Source: Blastocystis sp. Blastoise (lineage: Eukaryota; Protista; Bigyra: Opalinata). Taken from it: a DNA stretch of 64,000 nt. This document shows, piece by piece, positions 13,777-27,478 of this stretch. The first letter of the stretch is position 1. The number at the start of each line of letters is the position of its first letter. The stretch is taken from assembly GCA_039096225.1 (NCBI GenBank), contig JBBPEB010000007.1, positions 248,001-312,000 on the forward strand, given 5' to 3'. A program made the translations under genes and the position numbers. Under the pieces are notes generated by a model, which was not told the origin of the DNA, ran no database searches, and saw nothing but the letters and a program-made list of their open reading frames with translations.

Positions 13777-16700
13777 ATGTCCCAAGAAACACATTTATAT
13801 GTACATAAGAAACGAAAGTGCGATAATTTAGGCCTACTGAGTGCTAAAAGTGATGAGATATCACATATAAACCTTATTTTTCAAGATGAGAGGAAGATAA
13901 GTATTCCATTGTCGTTTTTGAAGAATTATCAAAATTCTATGTTATATAAAGCATATACGAGTTCTGGAAGTTATTTAAAAGATGAAGGGGCCTATTATAT
14001 CGATTCTCCATTTTTATCTATTGATAAATTAATGGATGTCATGTGTAATTCTGTTCCTCTTGATTCATTCTCATTTCAGGAACTTATTGATTTGAACGAA
14101 ACTTTAACTCATTTTTTAGGATATGAATCGATTGATTATCAAATGAAAATCACAGATTTCCTTGTAAAATTATTCTTGACATTTATTGAAGAAAATTATT
14201 GTGAAGTGTATGCTCTTTAATAACAATAATAATATAAATATATAGAGATAGTGAGATAAAATGCTATTCTAGGAAGTTTATTCATGTGACTCTAAAAGGT
14301 TTGTTAATATTATATATTTCAGTTATTATTTACATTTTATTAATTATTATTTAGATGTATTTACTGAGGAAAGAAACAAGTTATTTCTTCAACATTCTTA
14401 TTTATTTGAATATTTTAATGTTATAGACGTCATTTTAGATTGTATATATATATTATAATATATATAATAAATATATATAGATTCATTTGATGATAGAATT
14501 CCTTATGAATATATATATCCTTCTAATTTACATGAATTATTTCCAAAAATAAAACGTTATGTTATAGAAGGTATATTCTCTTATATTTATAAATTTATTA
14601 CATATCTAGCTTGTTATTATCCATTAAAGAAATATATACAAATAAAACCAACTGATATTCATTATACACTATTATATAAGGAATATAAACGTCAATATTA
14701 TGAAAAGTATTATCCTGAAGCTTATTATATATATAAAGATGAACATCCAGAAATAGAAGCAAATAAGATAAAAGAAGGTCAAGTTCATATATATCCTATG
14801 AATAATCACGGGGATAATGAGAGTATTGAGAAAGAAGAAAAAGAAATTCATCATGAAATTATAGATATAGATATTGATGAAGAAATAAGAAATGAGAAAG
14901 AAGAAGAGAAACCAGATTTATATATAGAATCATTATCTGATTATTCCCGTGAATATAATGAAGAAATGATAAAGAAAGAGAAGAAGGATTCACCGATTGA
15001 TGACAAAATAATATATTCGTTATATTATTTTATATTTGTCGATGATAATGAAAGTATAATATATATATATATAATAATATATTTATTTATAGTAATTGAT
15101 CGACAGCACCCAATATTATAGTATATATATAATATTTATAAATAATTTATATATAGTGACAGAGATTTTGAATCTAATGATATATTATTCTATATATTAA
15201 ATTTACCTATATGTAAGCAACTCAAAAATATAAAAATTAATTGTATATATGAATATATATATATTATAATATATATATAGTTTATAAATTGAAGTTCTTA
15301 TTACAATTAGAAATACCATCTTTATTATTATTCTTAAAAGATTCACTATATTCTTCACTAGAAATATTTAATATCTCTCAGTGTATGTATATATATATTA
15401 TTCTTTATACATATTTATAATAGGAATTTATTCATTTTCTTACGAAGAATTAGAGTCTCTTGAGAATATATATATGAATATGAATTATCAAGAATTACAA
15501 AAATTAACAATAGACTGTATCTTTTTATATAATATCATATATTTTAATATCCTTTATATATATACTATTTAGTGTGTGATCTATATAATAAAGAATATGA
15601 TGTTGTTGAATTCATCAATAAATACTTTTCTTTTCTGTGTAAAGGAAATTATAATACTGTTACTTCTTTAGCTATAAGTATTCTTTATAATATAGTCTTA
15701 ATATTTATTTTATATATATATTAAATTATATTTTTATATAATTAAAAATATAACTATGTTATAAATTATATAATTATTATAGAATACATATTATTATAAT
15801 AATATAGGTTTTCATATGGATATTGAAGAAGAATTAGAGGAATTGAATGAGTTAGAAATCCATGATACCAATAAATCTAATGATTATGAACATATTGAAA
15901 AGAAATTAGAACAACTTTGTGAGTCTGATATACATACATTAAATGATATAATCTATCAATTTTTTTCTTTATTCTCTGATAATATTAAAGAATTCAAAAT
16001 TGATGGTATATATATAATGTATAATTATATATGAATATATATAGGTCACTTTGTTAGAAATAGTATATTTTTAACCGAAAAATATACTAGTCTGCCTTTT
16101 TGGTCAAATATTCAGCATTTATCATTTGACTTAAGTAAATTTATATCTGCTAAATAGTAGTAGTTATAATATATATATATAGTTTGTGATGGTAAGAAAA
16201 AGATATTAAATAGTTTAACACATTTCTTTAAAAATAAAAAACTTAGAAATTTAATATCTTTAAAATTTAATTATGGACGTATATTTATTATTATTATTTT
16301 ATTTATAGATATTTATATAGATCATTTTGAATTATCCAGTTTTCTTGAGTTTATTGAGGGATTCACATTGAATTCTTCTTTTTCTCTTCCTTTTCTCGAT
16401 ACATTTAGTATTATTATAAAAAAAGTATATATAGTATATTATTAGTTATTCTAAATACATAAACTATAGTAATTATTCTATTATTATTTATGATTTACTA
16501 ATACTAATATAATCTATAAAGAGGAGCCAACATCCTACAATGTATTCAATTTCTTTCCTTCTTTTTTATATTTTCTTCATAAACCTATTACGTATATACG
16601 TATGAAAGATTCTATAATTGAATATGAAGAGAATAAAGATGAGAATGATTTATATGATCAATATATATATAATCAATTACAACAAAATTATTGTAAAAAT

Positions 16701-17045
16701 ATTATTGACCTCAATTTATGTATATATATATTATTATAATGAATGTATTTATTATTATTTATATTTATAGGTATAGATGAATCTTCAGTTATATCTAATA
16801 TTATTTATTTAATTATAAATAATCATTTTTGTTATTTAAGAAATCTTTCATTACTTTTTTATGGTAAATATTTATATATATTATAATTTATGTTTATATT
16901 ATTTAATATTGTAAATAAATTATTATTTATACAAGATAATGATACTTATACAAAATATTCATCACTTATTAATAATTATAAAGAGAAATATAATCCTAAT
17001 TTAAATATAACATATCATAATAGACAAATTGATGATTATGATTAG
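13777..17045 (+). CDS. Multi-exon BTB/POZ-like + LRR-like repeat protein (copy A2), apparently intact
   Basis: MSQETHLY..LIFQDERKISIPLSFLKNY..EGAYYIDSP. I could splice about 16 exons in frame to DDYD* at 17043-17045. Paralogous to A1 (FTEERN.LF, FDDR.PYEYIYPSNLHELFP, DYSREYNE, LPICKQ). Confidence 0.8.
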
Positions 17046-17609
17046 TAATGATTCTTTGTTATATATATATTTATATGAATCATTTTTATTCCCATTGGTT
17101 TATATATAAAAATAATATATCCATCAATATTTGTAATTTATGTATATATCTTTATTTGTTTAGAAAAAGTTTTGTTTCTAAATATTATATTTATAAAATA
17201 ATTAGAGATTTTTGTAAGTTATTTTTTAAAAATTTTTCTAAGAAAACTCATTATTTAAAAATGTTCAATTAAGAAATAAAAAACAATCATCTTTGTCATA
17301 ACAACTGCATCGAATTGAAAAAAGCATCCAATTATTATATACTTGCTATTATAAGTTATTTTTATATATTAATAATTATTATTCCATTATTTTCAAATTA
17401 AACAATATTTTTGTTTATATATATAATGAATAGAAACGTTATGAATACTTAAAGAATATTAAAAAAATAAATTAATAATTAAACGCAATAATATAAGAAT
17501 ATAACAAATAAATACAGAATTCATAAATTTTCAATACAAGTTTTCTTTATGTTCTATGTAAATTAGTTAAATAAAAAACTTTTGTATACAATTAAATATT
17601 CTTTTAAGG

Positions 17610-19531
17610 TTATAAATGATTGACAATAGTTTCTTCAAATGAATAAAAGTTAACTTTGTTTATAACAAATGAATAATGGGTTAATTTGTCTACATACATA
17701 TTAATTTGTTCACTTGGAATATTCCAATCTAAGTAACATAGTATTGATGATAAAGTTATATACTTACTGATGTAAAACAGAATCTCTTTCAATTTAGTTT
17801 GTTTCATATTAGCTATATAATTGACTATTTGCGATAATTGTTCTTCGGAATAAACATCTATAATCGGAAAATATTATTTAAAATAGCTATATAAATTTAC
17901 ATATTTTTAATTTTCTTAGTATTTGAGTCTTATTTTTGTTTATACAATCAAGCAATGTTTCTATTTCATATTTACTCATTATTTTATCTATATATAAATG
18001 CATATATATTCGTTAATATATACTTTTTGTATTAAAAATTGTATCTATATATGAATTATTATCATATTTATATCTAAAAATAGAAGTATCAGGATCATAA
18101 ATATAATCATTATCAGCGGCTATATCTAAATAAATGCAGCATAATTAATATAAAATTAATTATTCTAAAACTTACTTACCATTTAATAGAATAGCACTTG
18201 ATGATGGAAAATTAATATTATTAATAAATCTTAATAATCGCTTAATAAAAGAAATCCACCATTGTGTTTTACTACATCTATCTATATATAAGAATCATAT
18301 TTAATAAAAACAATAATTATAAAATATATATAAATATTATAATTTTTAATAGTATATATTATTATTTAAATATACCAAACTTGATAAATTCTAATTTTTT
18401 GAAATTTTCTGTTGTAAATACTTCATTAAAGCTATCATCTGGTATATCATTTGTTTCTAGAATAATATTTATGAATAAAAATTGATTGAGATATATAATA
18501 TATTATATTTGATTTATATTTTAACAATGTATATATATATATACTTAGAATTAGTTGAGTTGTATTATGAAAACAACCATTGACAATTATTCGGTTTAAA
18601 AAAGTCATATAACAATCTAACCATAATAGCAAATAAATTAAAAATGTATTATTATTAAATAATATACAAATATATTGATATAATTATCTTCTATAGTAAC
18701 AATAGATGCCATACAAATCAATTTCCCCATTATATTCTCAAACATTGTCAAATATTCAGATGATAAGTTTTCTTCGATAGAATATACTATATATATACTA
18801 ATATGTCCTATAATATCATATACAATTAATTGTGATATCATGAAGAGTATTATATTTATTATCATTAAATAAATTTGATATCCATTCTAAATATTTTATA
18901 CTCATATTATCATCAACTATAAATAATATAAAAACATAATAATAATAACAATATAAAAATACATGAAACATTTATACTATTAATATTCTCTAATATATTA
19001 CTCTTCATGAATTTTTCTATCGAATTTCTTATATCATTTTTATTTGTATCATCATAATCATTATTATTTTTTTTATCATTATTATTATTATTATTATTAT
19101 TATGATTATTATTATCATCATTATTATTTTTATCATTATCATTATCATTATTTTTATCATTATCATTATCATTATCATTATCATCTATAAAATAATACTT
19201 TTAGTAATATATATATACTATATATCAAATAAATATAAATAATTACTTTTGAATCTTATATTTAAGCAATCAATATTTTGTTTATAGTTTTCAAAATAAT
19301 TTAATTTTTTTATGTTATCAGAGTTAGAAGCATCAACTTTATAAAATAAGACATATAAGATACAAGGTATAATATATAACATTATAAAAAAAATATATTC
19401 ATACTAGAAAGACTATGAATCGATATAAGTTTTTTCTCGAATAATTCTGCTAAATGTGGAAATTTATAAATTAGATCATCTATATAAAATAAGAAAGAAT
19501 ATAATTAATTATATAGATAGTTTTAGTATTC

Positions 19532-19585
<54 letters not shown>

Positions 19586-21534
19586 AATTCCATCAATATG
19601 AATTGAATGAGTATGAATTAAATTATCTAAAACAATCAATTCTATATCTCCACATCTACAGTTTTCATGCATGTGAATAATATCAATTATAGATATTATA
19701 TTCATAGGAAATAGAGACTCAAACGCAGAAGAATCTGTGATTTAAAAAATATTTATAAAATATTTATAGATATTTAAATATACAAATTTCAACCATATAG
19801 TTGATAATATGTAATTTAGGGAAGTATTCTTTCTTTATTAAAGACAATTGGAAAGAATCTATATATATACATATACATATAAACATATACTATCATTATA
19901 TATAAGTTCAGTAACATTAGGAAATATATGAGTTGCCAGTATTTCTTTAAATAGATTATTATACATTTTATGAGTTAATTCTTTAACTATATTGAATAAT
20001 TATATATTAATAATAATAATTAAAATAATACTCCATCCAACACAAAATGTAGTTAAAGAATCAAAAACACCTTCTTCAAATAATTTCATAATAATTATAG
20101 ATTTATATTTTGAATTATCATCTAAAAAAAATTATTTATTTATATATATATATATTTAGTTACGTGTATTTTTCTTGATTTGTGAAATAGAATAACATGA
20201 AGAAAGACCTAATAATTGAGATATACCCAATTTAGAAGAAACTTCATTAATACTATTTAATATAGAGTAGCATAAATTCATAATATAAAATATTAATAAT
20301 ATTTACATGAATGCTTTATCATTTGTTTTATCTATATATAATATTAATAAATTTTTAAATATTTTAATATATATATACCATTATATTCAATACTGATTTG
20401 ATCATTTGATGTATATTCGTCTTTTGTTTCACTGATTTCTACATTCGAATAATCATTTGTATATATAGCTTCATTAACTATATATGCATATAATTTGGGT
20501 AATTCATTCTTTTCTCTTTTTTCATTATATGAGTCAATCATATCTTGAGAATAATATGAATAATTAATATTTATAGAAGAAATATTATTATATTCATTCA
20601 TTTCGGATTCTGTGTAATAATTATAGTTTTCATATTTACTTATTTCATCTTCATCACTATAATATAAACGAATATATTCCATTAAATATTCATCACTATT
20701 TGGATTTAATAATAGTTCACTTTTCTTATAATGCGTATTTACTATATAATATGTTTATTAATAATATGCTATATATATATATATATATACAAGTTATAGT
20801 TAATATCTTTAATGAAGGGAATATATCTTTAATACACGATGGCAATATGTATTCTAATGGAATACTCGAAGCATAATCATCTTTGCATATATTAATATAA
20901 TATTCTATATAAATATATACATACATTCAATTTCAACTTTTGTAATATTCATCATTTTAATAAGGTATGAATAATATATTAATTCATCTTTTAATTGTAT
21001 TGTAAACAATCCTGATACATATATATGTAATACATGATTATCCTCAATAGATTTTATTTTACTTGAACTAAATAATTCAATAGACAAATAATGATTGTTA
21101 TAAAGATCATGATGATCAGCAATAGAAATACTATTATCAATTAAATAATCAGTAAATCTATCTTGAATATGATATAATAAATCACTTTTTATATCACTAT
21201 CTATTACATCCGGGTATTCAAGAAGTTTATTATATATATCATAGCTATCTTTCAAATCTAATGAATTAATGTCAACACAATCTTCTATCAAAAAAAGAAG
21301 CACTTTTTTAATCGTCAAAAAAGGTATATCTATATAATAACTACCATCCTCATATTTCTCAGAGTGTACAATAATATCATAGAAGGGTAATTGACGATAT
21401 TTCTCAATAAATTCTGTAGGAACCCATAATTGCGTCTCATCTTGAAATGTAAATAAATCTATCAGAAAATAAATGATTTTTATTCATATTTATTTACATT
21501 TATCTTCAGATAGTTTGGTTGTATCATCTGACAT
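17610..21534 (-). CDS. Multi-exon BTB/POZ-like + LRR-like repeat protein (copy B2)
   Basis: MSDDTTKLSEDK../LFTFQDETQLWVPTEFIEKY..DGSYYID. Exon-by-exon paralog of B1 (YTESEMNEYN, YIVNEAIYTNDYS.VEISET, GCFHNTT.L). Last exon ends TIVNHL* at 17610. Has an N/D-rich expansion near 19045-19185. Confidence 0.75.
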
Positions 21535-21710
21535 GATTTTTTAAACTTTGTAAACGCAACAATCAACCAAAAAAAATAAGGACACTATTTTTTAAATAAT
21601 AGAATATTATATCTAAAAATAAAATAAGAATTTGAAAGTAAGTATGCAAAATTATAAGTAATTCAAATAATTTAAAATTAAAAAAAAAATTAAAAAAATA
21701 AAGAAATAAG

Positions 21711-23063
21711 TTGGCCAGACTAAATTGCGCTATTAAATATTCTCGGTTCTGGCGGATATTTTAAACCAGAAAATGACAAAAAAAACGCAGTGAAAAAATC
21801 GATCTTATCACGATTATAAAGTAGTTATTTCTGACAATTTTTTAAAAACAAAAAATCGAGGTACAAAAACACGTTTTTTGCTATTTTAAGGGCAAAATTA
21901 TTTGAATATAAAAGAAATTATATTTTTATTTATATATATATGTTATTTAAATTATAAGAAAAGTGAGATATGAATCATAACATTAAAAATAAATGAGATA
22001 TTAAGAAAAGTCTATAATCATTAAAAAAGTAAAATTATAGAGAAAAAAAGTTAATAAACCTGGGAATGCTAAAAAAATTCTTTTTTTTCCATATTATTTA
22101 ATTCTCTATTTTAGATTAATAACAGAAAAAAACTATTTAAATTTAATTAATTCAGATATTATTATATGTATATATTTGTGGAAAAATATCATTTAAAGCT
22201 ATAAACGTTATTTTCTAAGAATCAATACAATTATGTTTATAAAATGCATTATTCGTGTATAATCAGCAAAGTATTATTACTAAGACTACATATATTAAAA
22301 TATTTTATTAAAAAGTCCGTGTTTTCTGAATACTCAAAATGAGAAATAAATCGGTTTTATTCCTAAGAAATGTCTCAGTGTTTCTTAAACAACGATTTAA
22401 ACACGTAAATGTTGCCATTTATTAATTCACATTATATTCACATACACAAAATAGTTTTTTAGTTGCAATTTGTTTTAAATAAATATTTTAAAAATACACA
22501 TCTTGTTAATTATGCTTGAATAGTCATATTTTATAAACATAATTATATTGATTCTTAGAAAATAACGTTTATAGCTTTAAATGATATTTTTCCACAAATA
22601 TATACATATAATAATATCTGAATTAATTAAATTTAAATAGTTTTTTTCTGTTATTAATCTAAAATAGAGAATTAAATAATATGGAAAAAAAAGAATTTTT
22701 TTAGCATTCCCAGGTTTATTAACTTTTTTTCTCTATAATTTTACTTTTTTAATGATTATAGACTTTTCTTAATATCTCATTTATTTTTAATGTTATGATT
22801 CATATCTCACTTTTCTTATAATTTAAATAACATATATGTATAAATAAAAATATAATTTCTTTTATATTCAAACGTCTTTGCCCTTAAAATAGCAAAAAAC
22901 GATTTTTGTACCTCGATTTTTATTTTTGAAAAATGATCAAAAGAATACTACTTTATAATCGTGATAAAACCAATTTTTTCACTGCGTTTTTTTTGTTATC
23001 TTTCTGGTTAGTAGTATCCGCCAGAAACCGAGAACAGTTAATAGCGCAATTTAGTCTGGCCAA
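21711..23063. mobile_element. Non-autonomous foldback DNA transposon with ~535-bp inverted arms and 8-bp TSD
   Basis: Begins TTGGCCAGACTAAATTGCGCTATTAA and ends TTAATAGCGCAATTTAGTCTGGCCAA. Arms at ~21711-22245 and ~22528-23063 flank a ~280-bp spacer. GAAATAAG is duplicated at 21703-21710 and 23064-23071. No ORF. Confidence 0.9.
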
Positions 23064-24915
23064 GAAATAAGAGTAAAAAATAAAATTATTTACGGTTTTG
23101 TTATAGTTATTTCTGAATCAATGAATACTAGTTTTTATAGTTTTTTTTGTGTCAACTACGTTCGATTATTCATGTATTTTATATAGGAATTCATTCAACA
23201 AGTTTTGTATTCCGTTTAGAGTATTTTAAAGCAGTTTACAGAATTTATAGATGTGATTATCAATAAGTTATTGGTTAGAAATTGAATATTAGTTACCCTT
23301 AGATTAGGAGAAATCGTTAAGAACAATATAAGAATGAAAATAAGTACATCTACACGTTGTTGTTATCAATTATACAAATAAATTCTATAGAAATGAGTAT
23401 TTATTCATCTTCATTATTTATTGTATATTACTCAAACAATAAAATACATATTTTCATTGTTTTCGAATTTTAATGGATTTAATCTCCTTTGAATAATCGA
23501 AAAATGACTCTTTAAAGGTAGAACGATCATTTACTAATTAATATTTATGGTTTAAAGCTCTTACTATATTTTTTGTTTGTAAGTTCTTCAAATTATATAA
23601 TAATTAATTTTTAACATGAGACTGTATGGGTTTTGTGTTTTTTATTTATATATTATTATTGATAGGTATTAAAAAGTGTTGTACCACAATCTAGAATATA
23701 TATATATATAAATTATATGTTTGGTGAGTAATCATTAATCTATGTGGATAATAAATATATATATATAATACTTATATCTCTTTTTTTCTTATATCTCTAT
23801 ATATAATTCTAAAAAGCTAAAAATAAATATATAATATAATTTGAGTAATATAATTCTTTGTTTTATTTGAAATCATTTGGATTATATGTATATATTTAAT
23901 AATAGCCATCATAAAATTAATGAATTAAGCCAACAACAAAAAACGTCATTGTTTTATTTCATTCATGTTTATAAATAGAATATATAATAAACAAATTTAA
24001 CAAAAAGAATAGTAATATCATGGATTATTTCTTAGAATTATATATAACTAAATATTGTAAATCATATCTTAATTAAGTGATTATTAACATCAAAAGGCTC
24101 GGTTAATATATTTTTTTTACTTATATATATATATATTAAATAAAACTAATTATTATCTATATCATTTGAAAAACTGGAGGTTTTTTAATCGAAATTCATG
24201 TGACATATATCGAAACAAATTTTTTATGAGTTTTTTTTAGTTGTCACATTCAAAAGAAACTACATTAGATTGGATTGTCTATTAGAAAGAACTAATATAC
24301 TTTCATAATGACAGTTATTATTAGATATACACTCTAAATCCTTTTAGCTAAAAAATGATTTATTTTTCTATATAATATTTTTAAATTATTTTTAATGTTA
24401 AACATTATTTATAGCTTTGTATTGCCTGTTTGGAATGCACATATAGTTATCTTTCACAAAAAAATTTTAACTTTGATATAACAAACTTTATAATATATTC
24501 TCCATTATAAGCAATATTTAGAATTTATCATGATATAGAAAAACAATATATAAAAAAATTAAAAATGAAAAATTTTTATTGATATATACTTAGGGTCAAC
24601 GTTAATTATGAAATTAGTATATTTACCATATATATAAAAGAATCTTATCAATAAATTATCAATAAATCATCCCTGATCAAGTTATATTTTTTGTATAAAT
24701 ATATTATTATATTCAAAAGCATATAAAATGATGAAACTATATTGCTAGAAACCAAAGAATAATAATATACTTATAATTAAAATTAAAAACAGTAATAAAA
24801 ATGTACATTCAATACAAATATATATATATATATAATATTATAAATAAAAATGAGTAATTATTAAATATGATATTGAAAAAATAACATAATAGAAACTAAA
24901 TAGTTTCGTGAATAG

Positions 24916-26556
24916 TTAAGCTCTTCCATATACTTCATAATCTTCTACTTTAAAATAATTAGCATAATTACTATAATTAGTTTCATGTGTATTTACAAAT
25001 AATGCACTTTTTTGGGAAGTATCAAATTCTTCATAATATCTTGCTTCACAACATGACTTATCATTCGAATGACAATTATCAGATATTTTAATATCACTAC
25101 CACTGTCACCAAATGAAGGACCACAAGAAGGTGAACAATAAATTCCATATTTCGAATAATAATTATAATTTCTAGAATACTCATATTTAGTAGGAGGAAT
25201 ATTATGTTCATTTGTTAAAGTAAAGAGAAACTCTTTTGAATAAGATTTATTTACTATATATAAATATATATATTGTGTATTTACATAGAATATATATATA
25301 TACATACCACAAGAATTATAATAGGGTGATTCCCAATTTTGATCTGTATATCCTCCAAATATATTAATATGATTATTATGACCTATATGCTTAATAAAAG
25401 TAACTGTTTCTCCTTTTCGATCACAATATTTATGGAATTCACTTGCTTTATACTCATGTTCACTTGCTCTATATATATATATATTATAAAACAGAATATA
25501 TATATAACATACCTAAATAATAATTTCCATTTCTTTTCTTTACCAAGCCAATTGACTAATGGAGTTTCCATCATATTATTAACAATGATTTTTGTACTTA
25601 AAAAATACTGTACAGGAACCATAGCTTCTTTAGCTATTTCTTTTCCTTTATCTCCAAATAAACTATACATTTCATCTATTATTAATTCTTTTTCTACTTT
25701 TCTATCTTCTTCTGAAACATAAACACTGTTAGATATCATAAATTGATAGATATATTTTAGATATTTATAATTCAACTTTACAAATAAGTTATTTTCATTT
25801 GCATCATTATCAATGATTCCATTATTATATACATAACCATATTCATCAATAATATTCTTCCAATAATCATTCTTTTTTAAATAATTACATATTACTGAAT
25901 CTTTTTTACCATTTATATAAAGAATAACTTCTTCACCACCTTTATACTTCTTTATATTCTTATCTCTCTGTTCACGAATAATATTTAAATCTTCAGGAAT
26001 AGGTAGATTTAAGAATTCAAACATTCTCAATAATTCAACTTGATCTTCTGTATTCAATTGATCCATATTCATTTTTGAATTGATTAGCAAATCAATAAGT
26101 AAAGGAGCGCAAGAATCGTCATAAGGATAATCTATAAATACATTGTCATCATCTGTTTCATTATTATTTTGGCATTGTTCATAAATTGAACTACCTACTA
26201 ATGAAATTGCTATTTTCTTTGGAAGTGAGTAAGAAATACCGTTTGATTTAAAACGAATAAAATAAGTGCTATCTTGTTTTTCAGGAGTTTCTTCAAGCTT
26301 GCAAATATTATCATCTTCCTTTTTTGTAATTGCTGAATTGTGTTCGATTGCACAAACTTCTTGTTCTTTCTCCCTTTCAATGCAATCATCACCGATATGT
26401 TTAACAAGTCTTGTAATGGACATCAGAATGAAGACCAAAAGTTAATACTGATGTAAAAACACCAACTATATCTTTCATCAATTCTTCATAGCAACTGATA
26501 TCTTCTTTCAAACGATCAAATCGATTGGAATCGAATAATACCCTTTCCTTCACCAT
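24916..26556 (-). pseudogene. BTB-TLDc paralog with two introns and an early frameshift
   Basis: MVKERVLFDSNRFDRLKEDI.. shifts frame at ~26424 before MSITRLVKHIGDD. Introns at 25469-25512 and 25254-25307. The TLDc C-terminus is intact to EDYEVYGRA*. It could still be translated from the ATG at 26423, or the indel may be an error. Confidence 0.7.
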
Positions 26557-26730
26557 TTCAACAACAATAAAGAATTTGTATTTATACTTAAAAAGATTTG
26601 AAAGAATATCTCCATGGTTAATGAAAAATTTGTGGCTATAATATTAAGATTCCCTTGTTTTTGAAGAAAAATCATTTTTGGAAATGCATATATAGAAAAC
26701 TAGATGGCATTTAAACAGTCCTTTTTATTC

Positions 26731-26827
26731 CACTATTAGGCACTTTTGACCTTTTAGAATAAATGATTGGCAAAATTCACATTTTTATCCAATCATTTTT
26801 CTTAAAGCGTCAAAATGCCTAATAGTG
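26731..26827. mobile_element. 97-bp CACTA (En/Spm)-type miniature element
   Basis: Termini CACTATTAGGCA...TGCCTAATAGTG with ~40-bp imperfect inverted arms. TTC flanks both sides (26728-26730 and 26828-26830), the 3-bp TSD length typical of CACTA. Confidence 0.8.
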
Positions 26828-27478
26828 TTCCCCTTTGTGTTATTCTGAGAAACATTCATTTTTTTTTAATTAATAATTTTTGACATTGAAACTTATAATG
26901 TATAGAATGCTTTAAAATATCTGTAACATCAAAAAAGAAAAAAATGAAAATGTAAAATGAAAAGTATTTTTCATATATACACACTAATAAACTATCAGTG
27001 ATGAAACTATACCATCACTAGTTGAGTATAAATAACTATTAATAAATCCCGCTAATATCCTAATTTATTTGTTCATGAAAAAGTGATGTTTCAACGATAT
27101 TTAATGTAAAATTAAGCTTTAAAAAAAGTCTCAAACAAAATACAATACTTGTTGAAGCGTCTTAAATAGAAAAAAATCAGCAAATACATTACATATCAAT
27201 TTATATACATTATTATAATTCAAAAAAACTATACAATATACTATGCAACTAATCCACTATTTATTAATATTTTTATAAATACAAATCAGTAATTCATAAA
27301 ATAAAATAAAAGAAAATAATTCATTTTTTTTCTATATTTTTCTGAAAATCGTTGAAAAATCATATTTTTGAATCTTCTAAACCTTTTTCTTTGAATCTTC
27401 AAAATAGGGAAAATTTGTGTTTCACCTTATTCATTATCCATTTTATGTATAAAAAATAATTTTTTTAACAGAATTACT

